DNA of 64,000 nt from Pseudomonas aeruginosa PAO1 (GTDB lineage Bacteria; Pseudomonadota; Gammaproteobacteria; Pseudomonadales; Pseudomonadaceae): assembly GCF_000006765.1 (NCBI RefSeq), contig NC_002516.2, one strand, 5' to 3'. The position numbers and the translations under genes were made by a program. The notes beneath the pieces are model-generated. The model made no database searches and was not told the DNA's origin. It saw only the letters and a list, made by a program, of their open reading frames with translations. Shown here one piece after another: positions 58,258 through 64,000 of this stretch (positions are counted from its first letter, which is position 1; the number at the start of each line of letters is the position of its first letter).

Positions 58258-59058
58258 TCAGGTCTTGGCGCTGCGCCGGAACTGCCCCGGAGTGACCCCG
58301 GTGAAACGCCGGAAGGTCGTGGAGAAGTGCGCCTGGTCGTAGAAGCCGAGGTGCTGGGCGAGTTCCGCCAGCGGCCGTTCTTCCAGCAACAGGCGCTTGG
58401 CCTGGCGCACCCGGCATTGCAGTTGGTAGGTATGCGGCGGTACGCCGTAGGCACGCCGGAAAGCCTCGATCAGATGGCGCGGGTGGCGCTGCAGCAACTG
58501 CGCCAGTTGGTCCAGACCGAGCGCCTCGGTGGCATGCGCTTCCAGGTAATCGCGCAGGCGTGCGGTGGTTCCGCCGTCGCGGGGCGCCGCAGCCGCCGGG
58601 CGCAAGCCGCCGTGGCGCACGAAGACCTGTTCGAGCAAGGCCAGCAGGCGGCTTTCCAACCCCAATGCGTCGCTGCGCTGGAAATCCTCGGCCAGCCACG
58701 CCAGGCCAGCCGCCACGCTGCCGTCGTCGGCCGGGTTCAGTTCGCCGAAGCCGCGCGGCAACTGTTTGCGGCCGAGCAGGCCGAGCAGGCGCGTTTCCTC
58801 GACATAGAGCATCCGGTAGACCAGCCGCTCGGATTCGGCGTGCCCGGTATGTGGCTCTTCCGGGTTCATCAGCGACAGGGTGCCGGCCGGCAGCGCATGG
58901 CGCCGCCCGCGGCACTGGTAGCCGCCGACGCCGTGGAGGATCGAGCCGATGGCGAAGGCCGAATGGCTGTGGCGGCCGAACGCCTGGCCGGAGAAGTCCG
59001 CATGGAACAGTTCCACGCCAGGCAGCCAGGGACGCGCCAACAACCGGTTGGCAGCCAT
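58258..59058 (-). CDS. AraC-family regulator (266 aa)
   Basis: Cupin 'FGRHSH', HTH 'LGFYDQAHFSTTFRRFTGVTPGQFR'. ATG 59058 is coupled to the upstream stop (TGATG). Confidence 0.9.
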   Translation of the reverse strand: MAANRLLARPWLPGVELFHADFSGQAFGRHSHSAFAIGSILHGVGGYQCRGRRHALPAGTLSLMNPEEPHTGHAESERLVYRMLYVEETRLLGLLGRKQLPRGFGELNPADDGSVAAGLAWLAEDFQRSDALGLESRLLALLEQVFVRHGGLRPAAAAPRDGGTTARLRDYLEAHATEALGLDQLAQLLQRHPRHLIEAFRRAYGVPPHTYQLQCRVRQAKRLLLEERPLAELAQHLGFYDQAHFSTTFRRFTGVTPGQFRRSAKT

Positions 59059-59909
59059 CAGGCGTCCCCGAGCACCGCCGCGTAGCCCTCGCGGTAGCTG
59101 GGATAGCGCGGCACCCAGCCGAGCGCCCGGGCGCGGCGGTTGCTGCAACGCTTGCTGCCGGCGCGGCGTACCGAATGTTCGTCGGCCCATTGGCTGACGC
59201 CCAGGCGCTGGCGCAGGTAGTCGACCACCTCGTGCATCGCCACGGGCGCGTCGTCGACACCGATGTAGCAGTCCTCCAGCGCCTGGCCGCCGGCATCGGC
59301 GCGCAACAGGAAGGCCAGCAGCCCGGCCGCATCGTCGGCGTGGATCCGGTTGGCATACAGGGGCGGCTCGCTGACCACCCGGTACCCCTGGCGCACCTGG
59401 TTGAGCAGCCACTCCCGCCCCGGACCGTAGATGCCGGCCAGGCGCACGCGGGTAGCCGGTATCCCGCTGTCCAGCGCGACCTGCTCGGCGTCGAGCATGA
59501 TCCGTCCGGAATAGGCCTGGGAAAGCGCCGGCGACTCCTCGTCGATCCAGCCGCCATCGGTCTGCGCGTAGACCCCGGTGCTGGAGACGAACAGCAGGCG
59601 CCTGGGCCGCTGGCCGTGGGCCTGCAACCAGCCCAGCACATGGCGCAGGCCGTCGACGTAGGCGGCACGGTAGCCAGCCTCGTCGTGCTGACTGGCGGCG
59701 GCGCTGTACACCAGGTAGTCGAGCGGCTCGCTCGGCCACTGCGCGGGACACTCCGGAGCCTGCAGATCGCCAGCCACCGGCAGGATCCCCTGCGGCAAGG
59801 CGTCCACCGAGCGACGCAGGCCATGGACCCGCCAGCCATCGGCCAGCAGCGCCTCGCCGAGGCGCCCGCCGACATCGCCGCAGCCGGCGATCATCACTGT
59901 TTGCGACAT
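59058..59909 (-). CDS. Atypical SDR / NAD-dependent epimerase-family protein (283 aa)
   Basis: 'IAGCGDVG', 'LFVSSTGVY', 'RLAGIYGPGR'. Confidence 0.88.
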   Translation of the reverse strand: MSQTVMIAGCGDVGGRLGEALLADGWRVHGLRRSVDALPQGILPVAGDLQAPECPAQWPSEPLDYLVYSAAASQHDEAGYRAAYVDGLRHVLGWLQAHGQRPRRLLFVSSTGVYAQTDGGWIDEESPALSQAYSGRIMLDAEQVALDSGIPATRVRLAGIYGPGREWLLNQVRQGYRVVSEPPLYANRIHADDAAGLLAFLLRADAGGQALEDCYIGVDDAPVAMHEVVDYLRQRLGVSQWADEHSVRRAGSKRCSNRRARALGWVPRYPSYREGYAAVLGDA

Positions 59910-60046
59910 GAAGCCGTCTCCTTCCTACAACAAGGCGGGCAGTGTAGGCGTCGAATCGTCTGCAATGCACGCCCGATCATGCCCCCGGAGGTTGGTTCGC
60001 GGCGGTGCAGCCGCTATGCTTGGCCGATCTTAACGGATGAGCAGCC

Positions 60047-60979
60047 ATGACCCTCACCGAACTGCGCTACATCGTCACCCTCGCCCAGGAACAACACTTC
60101 GGCCGCGCCGCCGAGCGTTGCCACGTCAGCCAACCGACCCTCTCGGTCGGCGTGAAGAAGCTCGAGGACGAGCTGGGGGTGCTGATCTTCGAGCGCAGCA
60201 AGAGCGCCGTGCGCCTGACGCCAGTGGGCGAAGGCATCGTCGCCCAGGCGCAGAAGGTCCTCGAACAGGCCCAGGGCATCCGCGAGCTGGCCCAGGCCGG
60301 CAAGAACCAGTTGGCCGCGCCGCTGAAGGTCGGCGCCATCTACACCATCGGTCCCTACCTGTTCCCGCACCTGATTCCCCAGCTGCACCGGGTCGCGCCG
60401 CAGATGCCGCTGTACATCGAGGAGAACTTCACCCATATCCTCCGCGACAAGCTGCGTACCGGCGAACTCGACGCGATCATCATCGCCCTGCCGTTCCAGG
60501 AAGCCGACGTCCTGACCAAGCCGCTGTTCGACGAGCCCTTCTATGTGCTGATGCCGGCCGACCATCCCTGGACCGCCAAGGCCAGCATCGATTCCGAGCT
60601 GCTCAACGACAAGAGCCTGCTCCTGCTCGGCGAAGGCCACTGCTTCCGCGACCAGGTGCTGGAAGCCTGCCCGACCGTGCGCAAGGGCGACGAGAACAAG
60701 CACACCACGGTGGAGTCCTCGTCGCTGGAGACCATCCGCCACATGGTCGCCTCCGGACTGGGCGTCTCGGTGCTGCCGTTCTCCGCGGTGGACAGCCACC
60801 ACTACGCGCCGGGCGTCATCGAAGTGCGCCCGTTCAGCGCGCCGGTGCCGTTCCGTACCGTTGCCATCGCCTGGCGCGCCAGCTTCCCGCGTCCACGCGC
60901 CATCGAAGTGCTGGCCGACTCGATCCGCCTGTGCTCGGTGGCCCGTCCGCAAACCCAGGAACAACCGCAAATAGCATGA
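60047..60979 (+). CDS. oxyR: Peroxide sensor OxyR (310 aa)
   Basis: LysR HTH; redox cysteines in 'GHCFRDQVLEAC'. Confidence 0.97.
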   Translation: MTLTELRYIVTLAQEQHFGRAAERCHVSQPTLSVGVKKLEDELGVLIFERSKSAVRLTPVGEGIVAQAQKVLEQAQGIRELAQAGKNQLAAPLKVGAIYTIGPYLFPHLIPQLHRVAPQMPLYIEENFTHILRDKLRTGELDAIIIALPFQEADVLTKPLFDEPFYVLMPADHPWTAKASIDSELLNDKSLLLLGEGHCFRDQVLEACPTVRKGDENKHTTVESSSLETIRHMVASGLGVSVLPFSAVDSHHYAPGVIEVRPFSAPVPFRTVAIAWRASFPRPRAIEVLADSIRLCSVARPQTQEQPQIA

Positions 60980-63051
60980 CCGAGCTGTCCAGGGTCCCGG
61001 TCACCGCGCTAAAGGGCGTAGGCGCCGCGCTGGCGGAGAAGCTCGCTCGGGTAGGCCTGGAAACCCTGCAGGACATCCTGTTCCACCTGCCCCTGCGCTA
61101 CCAGGACCGTACCCGCGTCACCGCCATCGGCGCCCTGCGGCCAGGGGCCGACGCGGTGGTCGAGGGCGTGGTGGCCGGCGCCGACGTGGTGATGGGGCGC
61201 CGCCGCAGCCTGCTGGTGCGCCTACAGGACGGCAGCGGCACCCTGAGCCTGCGCTTCTACCATTTCAGCCAGGCGCAGAAGGACGGCCTCAAGCGCGGCA
61301 CCCACCTGCGCTGCTACGGCGAAGTCCGGCCGGGTGCATCGGGCCTGGAGATCTACCATCCGGAATACCGCGCGCTGAACGGCGACGAACCGATTCCGGT
61401 GGAGCAGACCCTGACGCCGATCTACCCGACTACCGAAGGACTCACCCAGCAGCGCCTGCGCCAGTTGAGCCAACAGGCCCTGGCCATGCTCGGTCCCAGC
61501 AGCCTGCCCGACTGGCTGCCGGCGGAACTGGCCCGCGATTACCAACTTGGCCCGCTCGACCAGGCGATCCGCTACCTGCACCGGCCGCCGCCGGATGCCG
61601 ACATCGAGGAACTGGCCGAAGGCCGGCACTGGGCGCAGTTGCGCCTGGCCTTCGAAGAACTGCTGACCCACCAGTTATCCCTGCAGCGCCTGCGCGAAGC
61701 CGTGCGTTCGCAGGCAGCGCCGCGCTTGCCGGCGGCCAGCCGCTTGCCGAAACGCTTCCTTGCCAACCTCGGCTTCCAGCCGACCGGCGCGCAACGCCGG
61801 GTCGGCGCGGAGATCGCCTACGACCTGGCCCAGGACGAACCGATGCTGCGCCTGGTGCAAGGCGACGTCGGCGCCGGCAAGACCGTGGTCGCCGCCCTCG
61901 CCGCCCTGCAAGCCATAGAGGCCGGTTACCAGGTGGCGCTGATGGCGCCGACCGAGATCCTCGCCGAGCAGCATTTCCTCAACTTCAGCAAGTGGCTCCA
62001 GCCGCTGGACATCGAAGTCGCCTGGCTGGCCGGCAAGCTCAAGGGCAAGGCCCGCGCGGCGGCACTGGAACGCATCGGCGACGGCGCGCCGATGGTGGTC
62101 GGCACCCACGCGCTGTTCCAGGATGAAGTGAAATTCAAGCGCCTTGCACTGGCGATCATCGACGAACAGCACCGCTTCGGCGTGCAGCAGCGCCTGGCCC
62201 TGCGCCAGAAGGGCGTGGACGGCAGGCTCTGCCCACACCAGTTGATCATGACCGCCACGCCGATCCCGCGGACCCTGGCGATGAGCGCCTATGCCGACCT
62301 CGACACCTCGATCCTAGACGAGCTGCCGCCCGGGCGTACCCCGGTGAATACCGTGCTGGTGGCCGACAGCCGCCGTATCGAGGTGATCGAGCGAGTCCGC
62401 GCGGCTTGCCGCGAAGGGCGCCAGGCCTACTGGGTGTGCACTCTGATCGAAGAGTCCGAGGAGCTTACCTGCCAGGCCGCCGAGACCACCTACGAAGAGC
62501 TTTCCTCGGCGCTAGGCGAACTGCGCGTCGGCCTGATCCACGGGCGCATGAAGCCGGCGGACAAGGCCGTGGTGATGGAAGCCTTCAAGGAAGGCATGTT
62601 GCAACTGCTGGTGGCGACCACGGTGATCGAGGTCGGCGTCGACGTGCCCAACGCCAGCCTGATGATCATCGAGAACCCCGAGCGCCTTGGCCTGGCCCAA
62701 CTGCACCAGTTGCGCGGCCGGGTTGGCCGGGGCAGCGCCGCCAGCCACTGCGTGCTGCTCTACCACCCACCGCTGTCGCAGATCGGCCGCGAGCGGCTGG
62801 GCATCATGCGCGAAACCAGCGACGGCTTCGTCATCGCCGAGAAGGACCTGGAATTGCGCGGCCCCGGCGAAATGCTCGGCACCCGCCAAACCGGCCTGCT
62901 GCAATTCAAGGTCGCCGACCTGATGCGCGACGCAGACCTGCTGCCGGCGGTCCGCGATGCCGCCCAATCCCTCCTGGCGCACTGGCCGCAGCATGTCAGC
63001 CCGCTGCTCGAACGGTGGTTGCGCCACGGCCAGCAATACGGTCAAGTGTGA
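60976..63051 (+). CDS. recG: ATP-dependent DNA helicase RecG (691 aa)
   Basis: 'QGDVGAGKT', 'DEQH', 'MTATPIPRT', 'QLRGRVGR'. ATGA overlap with oxyR. Confidence 0.97.
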   Translation: MTELSRVPVTALKGVGAALAEKLARVGLETLQDILFHLPLRYQDRTRVTAIGALRPGADAVVEGVVAGADVVMGRRRSLLVRLQDGSGTLSLRFYHFSQAQKDGLKRGTHLRCYGEVRPGASGLEIYHPEYRALNGDEPIPVEQTLTPIYPTTEGLTQQRLRQLSQQALAMLGPSSLPDWLPAELARDYQLGPLDQAIRYLHRPPPDADIEELAEGRHWAQLRLAFEELLTHQLSLQRLREAVRSQAAPRLPAASRLPKRFLANLGFQPTGAQRRVGAEIAYDLAQDEPMLRLVQGDVGAGKTVVAALAALQAIEAGYQVALMAPTEILAEQHFLNFSKWLQPLDIEVAWLAGKLKGKARAAALERIGDGAPMVVGTHALFQDEVKFKRLALAIIDEQHRFGVQQRLALRQKGVDGRLCPHQLIMTATPIPRTLAMSAYADLDTSILDELPPGRTPVNTVLVADSRRIEVIERVRAACREGRQAYWVCTLIEESEELTCQAAETTYEELSSALGELRVGLIHGRMKPADKAVVMEAFKEGMLQLLVATTVIEVGVDVPNASLMIIENPERLGLAQLHQLRGRVGRGSAASHCVLLYHPPLSQIGRERLGIMRETSDGFVIAEKDLELRGPGEMLGTRQTGLLQFKVADLMRDADLLPAVRDAAQSLLAHWPQHVSPLLERWLRHGQQYGQV

Positions 63052-63140
63052 TCTATTTCGCTCTCGCTGACCGGCGTAGGTCTCAGTCTTGAAGCAGCTC
63101 TGGTTATACTGAGGGAAAATCCAGCTCGCATGGTCTCGTC

Positions 63141-64000
63141 ATGACAGAAGCCGCCCTGGCCTCCGCCGATGCTCCGCACGCCCCCCAGGTCATCCTCCAG
63201 CTGCTCGCCAAGCTAGGCATCGCCTGCCGCGAGGTCAGCGACAGCGCGGAGCTGCCTGCCGCCCGCCGGGTCCAGGCGGTGCTGCTGGACGACGCCGTCG
63301 GCACCCTGCTGGTGCTGTTCCCGCAGAGCCAGTTGCTGGACCTCGCCCGGCTCACCGAACTGACCGGCCGCAAGCTGCTGGCGATCAAGCCCGAGCGCCT
63401 GGAACGAATGCTCGGCAAGCACGAGTTGCACCGCCTGCCGGCGTTGCCGCCCCTGACCAGTTCGCCCTGCCTGTACGACGAGCGCCTGTTGCAGGAACCG
63501 CGCCTGCTGATCGAGTCCGGCCAGCCCGGCATCCTCCTGGAGATCGCCAGCAACGACTTCCGCGGCCTGCTGGGCAAGGCCAGCGCCGCGCGCTTCGGCG
63601 AACCGCTGGAAAACATCAACCTGAACCTTGACCGCCCGGACGACGACCGCGCGGAAATCAGCCAGGCCGTGCAGGCCTTCACCGCCCGGCGCATCCAGCA
63701 GCGCCTGGAGCAGACCATCGAGATTCCACCGCTGCCGCAGACGGCGCAGAAGATCATCAAGCTGCGGGTCGACCCCAACGCCAGCGTCGACGACATCACC
63801 GGTCTGGTGGAAACCGATCCGGCGCTCGCCGCCCAGGTGGTCAGTTGGGCGGCCTCGCCCTACTACGCCGCTCCGGGCAAGATCCGCTCGGTGGAAGACG
63901 CGATCGTCCGCGTCCTCGGTTTCGACCTGGTGATCAACCTGGCCCTCGGCCTCGCCCTGGGCAAGAGCCTGAGCCTGCCCAAGGACCAGCCACAGCAGGC
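63141..64000 (+). CDS. sadB: SadB: YbaK-like N-terminal domain plus HDOD domain (5' part; runs off the right edge)
   Basis: Manual translation MTEAALASADAPHAPQVILQLL...IPPLPQTAQKIIKLRVDPNASVDDITGLVETDPALAAQVVSWAASPYY (HDOD signature). Missing from the ORF track because there is no stop in the window. Confidence 0.85.
   Translation, partial: MTEAALASADAPHAPQVILQLLAKLGIACREVSDSAELPAARRVQAVLLDDAVGTLLVLFPQSQLLDLARLTELTGRKLLAIKPERLERMLGKHELHRLPALPPLTSSPCLYDERLLQEPRLLIESGQPGILLEIASNDFRGLLGKASAARFGEPLENINLNLDRPDDDRAEISQAVQAFTARRIQQRLEQTIEIPPLPQTAQKIIKLRVDPNASVDDITGLVETDPALAAQVVSWAASPYYAAPGKIRSVEDAIVRVLGFDLVINLALGLALGKSLSLPKDQPQQ

Noticed and set aside
60037-63051. 1004-aa ORF extending recG upstream through oxyR in another frame
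   Set aside because: The extension is low-complexity Arg/Pro/Gly-rich text typical of stop-poor alternate frames in a GC-rich genome. recG has a coupled ATG at 60976 and normal length. I see no slippery site suggesting an OxyR-RecG fusion.

Overview
GC-rich core chromosome of Pseudomonas aeruginosa. From recalled gene order and protein sequences it matches the PAO1 interval of about PA5287 (amtB, truncated at the left edge) to PA5346 (sadB, truncated at the right edge). I see about 60 intact CDSs and no integrase, transposase, prophage, CRISPR array, rRNA or tRNA. I see no frameshift or pseudogene and no obvious foreign insertion. Contents: nitrogen uptake (glnK-amtB), choline and phosphocholine use (betT2, pchP), a c-di-GMP phosphodiesterase (proE), D-alanine catabolism (dadA-dadY-dadX, lrp/dadR), polyamine catabolism (pauR, pauB4, pauC/kauB, gabT2), an AsmA-like envelope operon (ydbH-ynbE-ydbL), rpmBG, coaBC-dut-algC-argB, the sphingosine-response locus (sphR, sphA, sphBCD), pyrE/crc, rph, yicC-gmk-rpoZ-spoT-ridA, oxyR-recG and sadB. 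I found no clearly new multi-gene system. The best leads are regulatory or architectural. (1) algC is an 868-aa ORF with a two-TM, probably periplasmic N-terminal half and its own strong RBS; the promoter and AlgR boxes for the classic 463-aa enzyme lie inside that half. (2) ydbH-ynbE-ydbL sits between lrp/dadR and its target dadA, with the same GG-N7-CCG box on both flanks. (3) A 37-bp motif lies exactly 73 nt upstream of both sphA and sphB. (4) An intrinsic terminator lies inside the dad operon, before dadX. Names and PA numbers are from memory; no database search was run.
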